This document shows, piece after piece, positions 1-12,405 of a stretch of DNA of 64,000 nt. The notes under the pieces were generated by a model, which was not told the origin of the DNA, did not search any database, and saw only the letters and a program-made list of their open reading frames with translations. Position 1 is the stretch's first letter, and each line of letters opens with the position of its first letter. The stretch is from Sphyrna mokarran (Eukaryota), in assembly GCA_024679065.1 (NCBI GenBank), contig JAGIQG010000014.1:38750001-38814000 (forward strand), in the 5' to 3' direction. The translations under genes and the position numbers were made by a program.

Positions 1-24
1 CTTTAAACTTTTTTCTCCTTTCAT

Positions 25-265
25 CCTTAACCTATGCCCTCTTTTTTTTTCTCCCCTAGCCTCAGTGGAAAAAGCCTGCTTGCATTTACTCTATCTATAC
101 CCATCAAAATCTTATACACTTCTATTAAATCTCCCCTCATTCTTCTACACTCCAGGGAATAAAGTCCTAACCAATTCAATCTCTCTTTGTAACTCAGCTT
201 CTCAAGTCCCAGCAACATCCTTGTGAACCTTCTCTGCATTCTTTCAACCTCATTTATATCCTTCC
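25..265 (-). mobile_element. CR1 LINE ORF2 C-terminal fragment
   Basis: Translation ERMQRRFTRMLLGLEKLSYKERLNWLGLYSLECRRMRGDLIEVYKI is typical of the CR1 ORF2 end. Confidence 0.9.
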
Positions 266-555
266 TGTAGTAACCTTCACAACCTTCTGTGAGAAGTATA
301 TTCTCCTTAGCTCTCTCTGTCTTGATCCTTCCTGCTCTTATTCTGCAACTATGACCTCTTGTCCTAGGCTGTTCTAGAAGGGGGAACATTTTGGTTAACA
401 TTTATTTATCAATCCTGGTGCATATTTTACATCCCTCAACCAATTCCCCCTCATTCTTCTGTACTCCAGCAAGTACAAGATCAAACTATTCAATTGCTCT
501 TCATATGATAGCTCCTTCAAACCAGGAATCAATCTAGTGAGTCTCTTCTGAACTC

Positions 556-862
556 AGAGGCAAAAGTCTAGCAGCCTTGACAACAGGAGTAAGCAATTCA
601 GGAGTGAAATGAGGAAAAACTTCTTCTTTGAGAGAGTTGTGATCTCTGGAATTCTCTACCACAGAAGCTGTTGGGACTAGTTTCTTAGATATGTTCAAGA
701 AGGAGCTGCATGTGATCCTTGTGGCTAAAGGGATCAAGGGGCTTGGAGAGTAAACAGAAGTAGATTTCAAAAGTGCATGATCAGCTGTGATCATATTGAA
801 TGATAGTGCAGGTTCGAAGGACCAAATGCTTAGTCCAGCAATTATTTTCTATGTTTATGTTT
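556..862 (+). mobile_element. CR1 LINE 3' end
   Basis: ...GAGAGTTGTG..CTGGAATTCTCTACCACAG...GATCAGC..TGATCATATTGAATG...TTCTATGTTTATGTT tail. Confidence 0.8.
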
Positions 863-2877
863 AAGTCTGTACATAGGCTCAGGGGAAAGGTGGTTGAATC
901 AATCACTTGCTAGGCATTCATGCCCCATGTGGACCTCTGGTCATTCTATCTGTAGTCTTTGTGCATCCCCTTTCTGTAAACAATGTGATATCCCTTTGAC
1001 ACCTTTGTTTGTGAGCTTTTCATGCAGCCTAGTCAGGATTCAACTTCCCTCTCCTTGGACTTCCATTGTTTAGCATCCTCATCCATCTCCTTGTACCTTT
1101 GCTTGCCATAGATTCTTTCACCCTTCCACACCTCTGCCCTAGCAAAGCTTTTCTTCCAAATTGCCCTCCTGGTTTTGTTAGCAATTGCCATTCCCACTGC
1201 ACCCCCAGCCCCTTACCTCCCATCTACACCTTGCACCCCATCTCTGGTTAAACTTCAGACCAGTGAAGTAGAGAGTCTATGATTGCTGCAGTATAACGCT
1301 GTCCATAAAAACCAACCGGCTCCCAGTCTCCCTAGCAGTGTGGTATTTAATTGAACGTGAGAAGTGCAACACCAAGTCAATAGACTATGCTGCGCTCATC
1401 TTGAAGTCTCAAGCAACCTGAGGTCTGTCTTGCGCATGTCACTCTTTTCAAATTAGTTTAACACCACTGTAATATCCAACTGTGTGATGTGAGACTGGAA
1501 GGCCTGACAGCATGTTGTGATTACATGTTTTAATGAACATTCATGACAAATAAATGTGAATTGCATTCATGTCACTGGGTAATGCTATGAACCCGTCACC
1601 GGTGAATTGCAAATTGTTTTATGGCAGGTTTTTGACTTCTCAGCTCTTCCTGGACTTTCCACTTCTGCTTGCCAATAAATTCACCATGGATAAGATAAAA
1701 GGATTCTTTTGATGTCTTTACACTTATTTACATTGACTTGACCAGTTAAGAGGCTATTAAACAAACTGTAAACTGTAATTAGGAGTTCTGATTGTTGACC
1801 ACCATGGCATAAAACTGGCTAAAACAATTGATTAAATTATTCCAACTGAAGATACTGGCTCCCCAATCTGCTCCAGTACAGTGGCAATTAGTGCAACAGG
1901 AACAATGTGCCCCACGGGAGGTAGATTATGTTTCAATCATCTTGAATTCTCAATCAACCTGAGGTCTGTCTTGTGCACATCGCTCTGTCCAAATTGGTTT
2001 GACACCAACATGATATCCCATTTGTTTCCATTTGTTGACGTTAACCTTGTGAATGATAATTTCTAAAAACAATTTGGCAGGTGAGTAGAAATGGACATTA
2101 ATACATCAAAAGAAACATGCACTTTCACAGAAACATACATAGAAAATAGGAGTAGGAGGAGACCATTCAGCTCTTTGAGCCTGCTCTGCTATTCATTATG
2201 ATCATGGCTGATCATTCAACTCAGTAGCTTGATTGCACCCTCCCCTAAATAATTCATAATTGTTTTGCATTAAACAGTGTTAATTTTCAATGATTTTTCT
2301 GATCTGGTTCGGAAGGGGCATGTAAATAAATAGTTTGTTTATTCCAATACTGATGACACTGTAGCAAATTCACATAAAACTGGAGGTTGTAGATATAACA
2401 TTGGCCTGGGTTTTTCAGCCCCACTGCAGAGAGTTTCCACACAGTGGATGCAGCAGGCCATTCAAATCTCCGTTGACTTCAATGAAAACAAAAGATCCTA
2501 CTATTGGGAGGAGCCAGAAAATCCCATCCATCTGAACTCAACTGGCAGGCAAGTTCCAGAAGCCTGCTACAGCTGCTTTACATACAGGTTTTCCTGAAAA
2601 AATAACAGAAACAGCTAAAATTAACAAAATTGTCCCTTTAAAGACAAAAACATGTTAAAATTTTCATAGTATTTTTCCCATACTATTACCTCAAAAATGT
2701 GCAAAACACACATTCAATAATAAAACAAAGTTTATTTAGAAATTACATTCTGACTTTGGCAGTACTTTACAATGGAGACTGGTTTATTTTTTTTTTACAG
2801 GATATCAGCCAATCATCACTAGAAGGGAAATGTGTCATGTTATCCAGTCTTAATTTTGCTTTGAGCAGAGCACATAC

Positions 2878-3141
2878 ACACAGCTCTGATTTAATCATGT
2901 TTTGTTTTGATGTTTTAAGTTTCCTTTGAGATTCCGATTACTTTACTGCATTATCCCTTTCAGGGAACTCCATTCTTAATTTAACCCACATTTTGTTAAT
3001 ATAGTTTATTTGGTTAATGCACAGCTCTGATTCAATCACATTTTGTTTTAATATTCTAGGTTTCCTTTGAGATTCCTTTTTTATTCTTCAATTTGTTGAT
3101 TTAGTTCATTTGATTAACTAAAAGAAGCACACAGCTCTGAT
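2878..3141. repeat. Degenerate ~110-140 bp tandem repeat (2 units plus the start of a third)
   Basis: CACAGCTCTGAT at ~2879, 3019 and 3130; TTTCCTTTGAGATTCC occurs twice. Confidence 0.75.
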
Positions 3142-4194
3142 GTCTTCAAGCTTCATACCTATATACATATATTCTCATGTGCCTAGTCTTAAAGGAACCC
3201 AAAATCTGTTTGCCCAATCCCTCATAACTGTTTGGTATGTTGTGTCTTGTCCAGTAAATAAGCCCAATATAATATAGAATAACGTGACACAGAAAGCATA
3301 TTGCAGAATTACAGGCAGCCTGTTTCTACAATTCTTATAGTCATTAAGTAATAAACATGAAAGTTATTTATCTTTATTTGTTAAATTTATTTGCCAATAA
3401 GGATAATGGCCTGATGCTAATGTGGCAGTTTGAGATTGGAAATCCATTTTTCTGTTTATCCAGCATCATTCTTCTCTGAAGGATAGTGCTATCAGCTTAA
3501 AATACGTAGGTCCAAATAAGGGAGCCTCCTATGTTTCATTAGGAACCTCATGCAATGGCAGTATCATTTTGTGAAAGTCCCAGCATCAAAAATGGTTGGT
3601 TCAGATGGTTTTGATTCGCAACTTCTTCCTTTCCATTGCAACAAGCCCATTGAAACTCTGCCAAACCCAAACTGGCACAACTTCCTGACAAAGGCTCAGT
3701 GACTTCCTCTGGCTTGCAGAAGATCCCAGGAATGGAAATCCAGTAAGAGTCCAAGCCTATTCCAGGGTGGGCAGAAATCCCAACTTTCAGAACTACCTCC
3801 AATTGAAAAACCTAAGGCAATTTTTTATTGTACCAAATCTGTGGTTAGCGGAAATCATTAAAATAAAAATGCAAAAAATATTGTTTGATATTGCAAACAG
3901 CCATGCAAATGAAAATTGACAGCCCAGTTAAAGAATTGTTGAGGAGACTAAGAATCTTTTTCTATATAGCAGACTATTTAACATTACCCTCATTACTTTA
4001 AGAGGATTCATCAAAAATGTGTTGATTTTGTGGTACAGAGTAATTTAATGTACGTATACACACTGACTCATTGACACCATTGCATCATTGTACGACCCCG
4101 CTGTGATTTTCCATCTGATGGAGTCCTTCGCATATTACAGGGAGGTGCCTCCTCGTAGGATGGGAAATAAAATCACCACACATTCTTCGAATAA

Positions 4195-4208
4195 GTTTCC
4201 ATGGTAAC
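4195..4208. promoter_or_regulatory. Consensus RFX X-box
   Basis: GTTTCCATGGTAAC matches GTTNCCATGGNAAC in a non-repetitive stretch; motif match only. Confidence 0.35.
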
Positions 4209-4815
4209 AGTAGCAATAATGGAGGCTGGGAAATAAGCTTTCTATCTGACTTGGCACAAAATATTACTATGGCAAAGCCACCAGACAGGAAAAAATTTGA
4301 AAATGGGGAGAATCGATTTATTTTTGCCTGTTTACAAAATCGTTTTGCAGTATGGCGTGGGAATGACTTCAACTATGTTCAAGTCATTTAATCACTTGTG
4401 AATTATTTGGCAAGCTCACATTATCAGCCATTTGTCAGCCTACATGTGTACCAAAAAGGAGGGTAACAATATGTAATTGTACTCGTGCCAACATACAAGC
4501 ACTCAATTTATCGGCTGTGCTGATCCCGGCCGCAAGTAACTTTATTCAAACCTGCCTGAAATGCACATTGTCTAGTGAGTCTGTTTCAATCTACAGAAAT
4601 GATGGGAGGGATTTTCCATTGCTATCACGATGGATGTCAAGGCAGGTGGGACAGGGAAATGTGGAGGGGGGCCAAATATGATTTCTTGCTGGCATGAAAA
4701 AGATTGTCCACTCAACTTTCATGGTTGTTATCAATTGACTAGCTCCATTCAGTAGAGATTCTACATTTATCTTAAACAACCCACTTTTCTTTTTATATAC
4801 GTTTAGAAACTCTTA

Positions 4816-5561
4816 GGGCCCGATTTTACCATTGCGTTTTCAGAAGCTAAAACTTGGTAAAGTTGAGTGTGAGGCGCTAGTGTGATGCGCACCTGCTTCC
4901 ACGGAGGTGTGGTCTTTGTCAAGGCCCAAAGATGGCCACAATTAGGACCATGCCCGAAGCAGGCAAGATGGCCGCTAAAATGCATCTACATACATTTAAA
5001 TTGACTTAATGGGCTGCATGCCCAACTTTACCAGCACTTTCCCCTTTACCATTGCATTTACCCAACCACAATCAGAACGAAAATAAAAAGCTCCATATAA
5101 GTTGGATTTAGGCGCTCCAGTTAGTGAGGAGGTAAGCGCCAAGCATCTAATGGCTCTCTGCTTGAGATCAATAGGGGAAGGGTGAGGCAGAAATGGGGTC
5201 ACTCTGCCTGAGATCTGTGGGGGGAAGGAGGAAAAGAGAATAAGGGGGTCAGTAATGTTGGGGGTGGGGCAAAGTCTGTGGGGGGCATGGGGAGCCATTA
5301 TCCAACCTGGGAGGGATGTGGTAAGGGATTTTATCATTTTTTTTGCGCATGTGCAGTTGGAGGTGCTGACTGGAGCTGCTGGATTTTGTGTTAAGCCCCA
5401 CCCACAGATTTGTGCAGTGCGATTCGATATCGCTGATTTTTTTTTTTTTGCAGGCAGAGTGTGTGTGGGGACGCCTGAGAACGGCTCCAAAAGTCAGAAC
5501 TGAAACACTCCCAGTTTCAAGTCCACCCAGCACTGAGAATCAAAATGGCAAAATAGGATCC
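4816..5561. mobile_element. PIF/Harbinger-type non-autonomous DNA element
   Basis: Imperfect TIRs GGGCCCGATTTTACCATT / AATGGCAAAATAGGATCC with TTA on both sides; second copy at 56820-57674. Confidence 0.75.
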
Positions 5562-7419
5562 TTACTGTTGCTTTTAATTCTGCATGCAAATTTTCTCTTA
5601 AAGTTCATTTCTTTCACTCTTACGAGCTTTTTAATCTTTTTCTGCTGAATCCTGAAAACTTCCAATCCTCTAGTCTACCACTATTCCTTGCCACTTTATA
5701 CATCCTGCCTTTCAATTTGACATTATTCTTGCATTTGGGGGAACCAGTGAAACCAAAGGATCCCTGAATTCCCACATCACACAACAGCATGGATATGGGA
5801 TCTCCTGCCATGACTTAATCCTTAAGTTAACTGACAACAACTAGTGCAGTGCCAAGTGAAAAAGAAAAACTACATATCAGTCACCAGCCAATCACTTACC
5901 TGCTGGCTATGGTGTCCTGGTTCAATTTTTTATGCTATCACTCGCCCTTGAATCTCCCTCGCAGGTTCACCTCCCCTCTCCTCCCGAAGGTGAGCACCTC
6001 TTCCCCCTCGACACTAAATTCCCACTTAGCTCCAAATTTCCGATATCACCAATCAGCTGCATCCATTGGTCTCACGTTACTTTCTGACCTACAATGTCTT
6101 TTTTGGTCAGAGGAGGTGGAAGAGAGGGAAACCCTCATGTAGAGTTTTGGGCTTAAATGCTCCTTGACATCAGTTCTCCTGTTTCCCGTTTTTCAGTTGA
6201 TGTGACTGCGATGACTACTCCTAGAATGGACAAATAAATGAATAGAATGGGAATAGAGGAATATGGTCCCTGGAAGGATAGGGACCAGCATGATAGTGCG
6301 GCTTGGAGGGCTGAAGGGTCTGTTCCTATGTTGTAATTTTCTTGTAATTTGTTCTTCTGACCATGCGCTACATCCTCTCATGTCCAAGTGCGCCTTCTGA
6401 GGACTTTGCAGTCACATCGTAGGCCACACATTTGTAATTTTTTGACAGAAATTGCAAGACTCAGCATGTTTCTGAGATCATTGGCCTTGCATCATGGAGG
6501 TGGGAAGGTGGGGTCAAATAGTGGGATGATATTCTAATATAGATATGAATCTGAGATAATACTGCAAACGGACAGGAATATAAATGAGCTGTAGATTTTC
6601 ACTTCAAAGTCAAGCAAAATTAAACCTGATGGAAGCTAAATGGCCAATGCTAGATGTACCAACTCTATGCATCCCACCATTAAATCTTCTAAAATACTTT
6701 ATTGAGCGCTCTACAATTTAGAAGCATGGGGAGACTAAAGAAATCTGTACGTTCTGATCTCAAGGTATGGTGAGTTGAACCTGTGAAGAAGAACTCGTTA
6801 ATGCACTGGCCAACCACGTTCATGTTGGCCAGAGCAGGACAGATGCATGTTTAATAAGTATATGTCAAGGGTATACTGCTAAATAATTTGTTAATGTTAC
6901 AGCTATATTTAAGAATGTAAAAGGAACTATAGCCCAGTCAGCATAACATTGTTGATCAGGAAGACAGTGCAATCCAGGCTGAAGGAGAAAATGAAGAAAA
7001 CATCTAGAAATCAAAAATATAATGAATTTTGAAAGGGAAAGTATTGCTTGATCAAACCCATTGGGTGTAATCTTACCTCCCATTCACATCCCACTCCCAG
7101 TGCAGCGAAGTTAGAGAATTTGGTGCCCAGCCAAATCTACTTTCACTGTAGTGAGATGGGAAAATCCCAGTGGCGTGAAAGTCTGTAACATTCTGGCCAA
7201 TGAATTATTTGACGAGGGAACAGAGAGAATAGCGAAAGATATTGTAGTAGATTCAATTGGGGAGGCAGTGGCTGTAGTAGGAAAAGCATTGGTTCTGAGG
7301 AATGACAACACCAGTGGAGAGTGATGGGACTTACCCAGAAGTGATCGTTCCAAAATGATGAATGAGAGCAGATTTAGTGTGTTTGCCGTATCTGTCATTC
7401 TGCTATTTGTCTTGTTTAA

Positions 7420-7592
7420 ACAAATCCAGCTCACTGCTAATTTGTATTTTGTTGTTTTTTTTTAGTGTTTAACTGAATTGTATTGCTGTGTATTTCTTAT
7501 TGCTGTGAGGTTAGACTCTTGGCCAGGTCGGTGTTGTAAATGAGAATTGGTGTTCAATTGACTTATCTGGTTAAATAAAGTTTATATAAAAA
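7420..7592 (+). mobile_element. 3' tail of a non-LTR retrotransposon (teleost L2/Rex-like)
   Basis: CTCTTGGCCAGGTC..TTGTAAATGAGAATT..TCAATTGACTTATCTGGTTAAATAAAG plus an A-rich end; family recalled from memory only. Confidence 0.5.
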
Positions 7593-8089
7593 TATACATC
7601 AATCTATCTGATGAAGAGATCTGAGTTGACTGAGATTAGTGATGATAGGAGAGGTGTTGCGGAATAGAGGTCACAAAGGAGAGGGCTGTAGAATGGTCAA
7701 CAGCAAGGGCACCCTTTTCCTGAAGCCATGTCTCTCAATCAGGCATTGAATGCATGTGACCAAGCGATCCCCATGGAAGACCACAATCTACTTCCACAGG
7801 TTTGCTCATCATGCTCCGTGTGTGGTGACAGGCTCCACCTGCTGCTGTGTGAATACCAGTGATGGTGGAATAAGGCCTGTAATTTGGTATTAATTGCCTA
7901 CTTAAAAATCTTGATGGCAGTGGGACTGCTAAGCTGTCCCTCGGCTTTCCCGTCACAGACTTAACTGGCGTGTAGGCTGGAAGTGGCCGAGTCCCCATCT
8001 GTCGCCATCCCACCCAATTAAAAACATTATCCTCCTCCTAATTCTCTGAGGGGGAGGGCATTTAGTACGTTCCAATGTGTCTTTATTTT

Positions 8090-9190
8090 CCAAAGGCATT
8101 CAACAAGATATTGGATAATAACTCAGTGAAAATGCTCAAAATATACAGAGTCAGGGGACAAGTAGTAGAATAGACGCCAGCTGGATGCAAGAAGGATAAG
8201 GTGAAGCCATCCAAAGTGGGAGGGGAGGAGATGAGAATGAAGTCCCAGAAAGCTCAGAATTAGACCAATCCTCACATTCTATATTAATGATTCAGACTTT
8301 AGAATCAAAAGTGCAATTTCTAAATTTATGAACGGCATAAAATTCAGGGAGATAATCAACAAGAGGAGGAATACAACTAATTACAAGAAGATAATAGAAT
8401 TCTTCCAGAATGTGTACAATATTGGCAAATAAACTTCAACACTGACAAGTGGAGCTGCACATCCATGACAGTCCAGATTTTGATGCAGTCTGCTAATGCA
8501 CACATGCTGCAATAATATAGCCTGTCTGCAGGTACAGTTTTATTAAAATCATTAAGTAACGTATTAGAAAATAAAAATCCGAATGGGGCAGAAAATCAAA
8601 GAGATCTAAGAGTACAAATGAATGTAATAATGGCAGAGTGGGTTAATTAATGCCATAAAGCAGCAACCAAACATTACAGTTTATTTCTAGAGGGATAGAA
8701 TTAGAAAGAAGAAAGAAGCCATGTTAAAATTGTATTGAATCTTGGTTATTATCACACTGTGTACAAGGGTGTGTGGTTATCATACTATAGAAAGATTGTG
8801 AGGCATGGGAAATGGTGTAGAAATATTTAGGAGGATTAAATTGGAGCTGTTAGATTATTCCTATCAGGAGATAATAAACAGGCTGGATCTCTCTTCACTT
8901 GTGAGAAAATAGAGGCATGATACAATATAAATCTTTAAAATTATAATGGACATAGGGCGATGGTTTTCACATGTGAGGAAGAACAAAGCTAGGGACCTTT
9001 AATAGAAGATAATCACCAATATATCAAATGGGGAATTCAAAAAAAAATCTTTAACCAGAGTGCTGGAAATGGGTACTCACTACCCCAGGAAATGTTGAAG
9101 TTTGTAGACCAGCCATGATCATAATGAATGGCGGAACAGATTTGAAGGGCTGAATAGTCTATTCCTGCTTCTATTTTCTGTGTATGTGTT
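8090..9190 (+). mobile_element. Heavily decayed CR1 LINE ORF2 / 3' end
   Basis: Fragmentary CR1 RT-like sequence (TGGCAAATAAACTTCAAC..GACAAGTG; CAGCCATGATCATAATGAATGGCGGA). Confidence 0.65.
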
Positions 9191-10201
9191 GTTTCTAATA
9201 TATAATTTCTAGCATCTGATGAATGAGACAGCAGTTCATGTTATCTACAGCAGATTTTTTGAAAAAGTATTTCATAGGACGTGAGCATTGCCAGCAAAGG
9301 GTTGCAATCATGCAGGAAAGAAATGAGTTATCCTGTTACGAATATATAAACTGGTGTCACTGAGCATTTTCTGGTAAATTAAGTTCCTGGAATTGTGTGT
9401 TTATTGTTTGACTTTTTTGGTTCTGGTTGCATTTGCTCATTAAAATTGTCATTAAGCTTCTGATATCCATATTTGCATGTAATTTGCCATACCTGATTCA
9501 TTTTTATTTCATGTTATCTGACAGAAGGAGAAAAATAAATCTCACTTTTGCAGCTGAAAGGCAAATGAAAGATGGAATATTGAGACAGACAGAATTGAAA
9601 TCTGCCTGGCAGGAAACAGCTATAGGTAGCTCAATGGCTTAATTTTCACCTGCAGCTTCTACAGAACAGACTAGTAGTCATCATCTTCATCCACTTTGCA
9701 CATTCACATCGAAGTAGAGTTTTATATGCAGCATTAGATAAAGGGGAAAGGGGAGGGTAACGGCATACATCAAAGGCCTAAAATAGCAGAAGCTCGAGAG
9801 GATACAGAATATGCAAGAGGGAACTTAAAAGGAAATTAGGAAAGCAAAATGGGGACATGAAAGGATGCTAAAGGTAAAATAAAGGAAAATCCTAACTTGT
9901 TTTACAAGATTAGGGTCCATTAAGGACCCAAGTGGTAATTTCTATGTGGAGCTGAAGGATGCAAGTAGGGTTCTAAATGAATACTCTGTGTTGATGTTCA
10001 CTTGATAGACATCAAGAAGGACTGATGTAATTAAATAAATTAACATAGTCACAGAGGAGGCTCTGAGGAGTCTGGAAGGCTTAAAAGTAGGAACATTTTC
10101 AGGACCGATGAAATATATCCCTGGCTGTCGGATGAAACAAGGAAGAAAATAGCAGCAGCACTGGAAATAATTTTCAATTCCTCTCTGGCAACTGGAGAGC
10201 T

Positions 10202-10248
10202 CAGTAAAGTTTTGCGACACCAATTTTAAATCCAACCATTAATAGTAA
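10202..10248 (-). mobile_element. 47 bp PLE-terminus-only insertion
   Basis: CAGTAAAGTTTTGCGACACCAATTTTAAATCCAACCATTAATAGTAA resembles 37722-37776. It is flanked by a perfect 12 bp TSD AACTGGAGAGCT (10190-10201, 10249-10260) inside CR1 RT sequence. Confidence 0.8.
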
Positions 10249-10621
10249 AACTGGAGAGCTGCCAGAAGATTGGAGGACAACCAACATGGTATCATTATTC
10301 AAGGAGGGAGGAAGGGTTAAACCAGGAAACTACAGGTCATTCAGTGTAACTTCAGCATGGGAAACTTTTGGAAGGAATTCTGAGGGACAGAACTAATCTG
10401 CATTTGGAGATGCAGAGATTAATCAGGAAATCAGCACAGTTTTGTCAAGGGGATATCATGTGTGAGCAGCTTGAATTTTTTGAAGAGGTGATCAGGTGTG
10501 TACATGAGGGCAATGCATTTGATGTTGTATACTTGGACTTCAGCAATACATTTGATAAGATATCTCCTGGGAGACAGGTAGTGAAGGTAAGATCCTCTGG
10601 GATCCAAGTAAATTCAGCAGT

Positions 10622-10781
10622 AGGGGGGCACAGTAGTAAGCATTGCTACCTCACAGCATCAGGGACCCAGGTTCAGTTCCTGGTTTGGGCCACTGCCTGT
10701 GCAGAGTCTATGCGTTCTCTTCAAGTCTGTGTGGATTTCTTCCGGTTTTCTCCCATAGTTATGAAAGATGTGCTGATTAGC
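10622..10781 (+). mobile_element. HE1-like tRNA-derived SINE, 3'-truncated
   Basis: A-box/B-box-like head followed by the HE1-type core. Confidence 0.8.
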
Positions 10782-10880
10782 TGCACTGGCCTAATTGAAT
10801 CCAGAATTGCCTGAGTGGCAGGAAACAGAGACCAATGGTCCAGGGGTGTTTTTCTGAATGTGGGATCCACAGGGATCATT

Positions 10881-11052
10881 TAATTAGCACATCTTTCATA
10901 ACTATGGGAGGAAACTGAGTACTCAGAGGAAACCCACACAGCTTGGAGAGAACGTGTAGACTCCGCACAGGCAGTGATCCAAACCAGGAATTGAACCGGG
11001 GTCCTTGGTGCTGTGAGGCAGCGGTGCTAACCACTGTGCCCCCGTGCTGCTG
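10881..11052 (-). mobile_element. HE1-like SINE, 3'-truncated
   Basis: Reverse complement GGCACAGTGGTTAGCACCGCTGCCTCACAG...GGTTCAATTCC. Confidence 0.85.
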
Positions 11053-11592
11053 CATTCATCATGAGATTCATTCTCATGAAAATATATTGCACTCAAATGA
11101 GCAGCCCCCGCAGTCAATGGAGTCTGAACTACAAAATGGCGACTCTATTCTCAGCTGCAGCTTTGATACCTGCACAAACAAGTTTACCCTTAAAAAAATG
11201 GAATCCCATATCTGTCAGAAATCTCAAACTGGAGATGAATTTTTGCCCCCTCACCGTACTATTGCAATGAGATGGACAGTTAATTAGCTCAATTGCCTTT
11301 TAGATTAATACGTAAATAACGTGGGCAGGTTGCAGATGTTCTGACCTGCCCATGTGCTTCTCAATGTCCTCATGCGTCATAAATTGCTCTGCAAAGCAGC
11401 AACCATTTCAGCCCTTGGAGTGTATTATTCTGTCCATTGTTTTATCAGCTTAGTGCTCAACAGAGGATGTGGTCAACTGGATATAATCAGCTTAAAGGAC
11501 TAATTACTTGGGGTAATGGGTGAATTTGAAGGAATATACTATTGAAGCGATTGCTGATCTGGAGAACATGTTGGTAAAAATTTTTAATAGTC

Positions 11593-11745
11593 ATGATGTA
11601 GAGATGCCGGCGTTGGACTGGGGTAAACTCAGTAAGAGTCTGGTAACGCCAATTTACCTGACGAAGATGAAAGTCGAAAGCTTGCAGATTTACTATCAAA
11701 TAAATCGGTTGGATTTAAAATTGGTGTTGCCAGACTCTTACTGAG
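11593..11745 (+). mobile_element. Miniature PLE-derived inverted-repeat element (subfamily A ends)
   Basis: Inverted tail plus terminus (11593-11655) joined to hammerhead plus sense terminus. The 28 bp IR 11628-11655 / 11718-11745 has 2 mismatches. AAATTTTTAA occurs near both flanks (11578-11587, 11746-11755) as a possible TSD. Confidence 0.85.
11652..11689 (+). ncRNA. Minimal hammerhead ribozyme with shortened helix II
   Basis: ATTTAC-CTGACGA-A-GAT-gaaa-GTC-GAAA-GC-TT-GCAGAT. The core is intact, helix II is 3 bp with a GAAA tetraloop, and helix I has one A-C mismatch. Confidence 0.75.
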
Positions 11746-12109
11746 AAATTTTTAAGGCAGCAATTACTTTATATGTTTTTAGTCTTTGCATAGATTATTT
11801 GCATAGCAAAATCACCAGCGTTAGCACAATTGATACAAAGGAAGGAAATTCAGTTTGTGGACGTGTGTATGCGGGACTCTGAACTGCTATTTGACGGCTG
11901 GTGCTGCTTGATACAATAGCACTTTCTTCGTCTACAATGCTTATGCCTGAACAAAGACTTGGGAAGCTGATTTGTGGGTGTAGTTGATCATAACACTAAT
12001 TTTGTGTATATTAGCTACAGGTTTTTGCAGCAACTTACAGATTTGGTTATCGTTTGAAGCATGGCCGATGTATCCATTTGATTATGTTGTTGCAAGCTAC
12101 TTACAGTAG

Positions 12110-12405
12110 TTTATTTATTTATTAGTTACAAGCTAATTCACATTAGCACTTGCAATAAAGTTACTGTGAAAATCCCCTAATTGCCACCCTCTAGTGCCTG
12201 TTCAGATACATTGAGGGAGAATTTGTCTTGACCTATGCACCTAACCAGCACATCTTTGGACTATGGGAGGAAACTGGAGCACCTGGAGGAAATCCATGCA
12301 GACAAGGGGAGAATGTGCAAACTCCACACAGACAGTGACCCAAGTTCAGAATCAAACATGGTTTCTTGGCGCTGTGAGGCAGCAGCGCTAACCACTGTAC
12401 CATCC
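12110..12405 (-). mobile_element. HE1-like SINE
   Basis: GGGAGGAAACTGGAGCACCTGGAGGAAA...TGTGAGGCAGCAGCGCTAACCACTGT. Confidence 0.85.

Larger units (their letters stand above)
9750..10880 (+). mobile_element. Decayed CR1 ORF2 (RT N-terminal), interrupted by a PLE terminus and a SINE
   Basis: PGNYRS-like motif and EFFEEV...NAFDVVYLDFSNTFDKI (ORF 10368-10814). Confidence 0.85.

Noticed and set aside
2878-3141. CRISPR-like repeat-spacer array
   Set aside because: The spacers are homologous to each other; this is an ordinary degenerate tandem duplication in eukaryotic DNA.
7608-7640. CTGATGAAG as another hammerhead
   Set aside because: No helix II-GAAA-UH arrangement follows.
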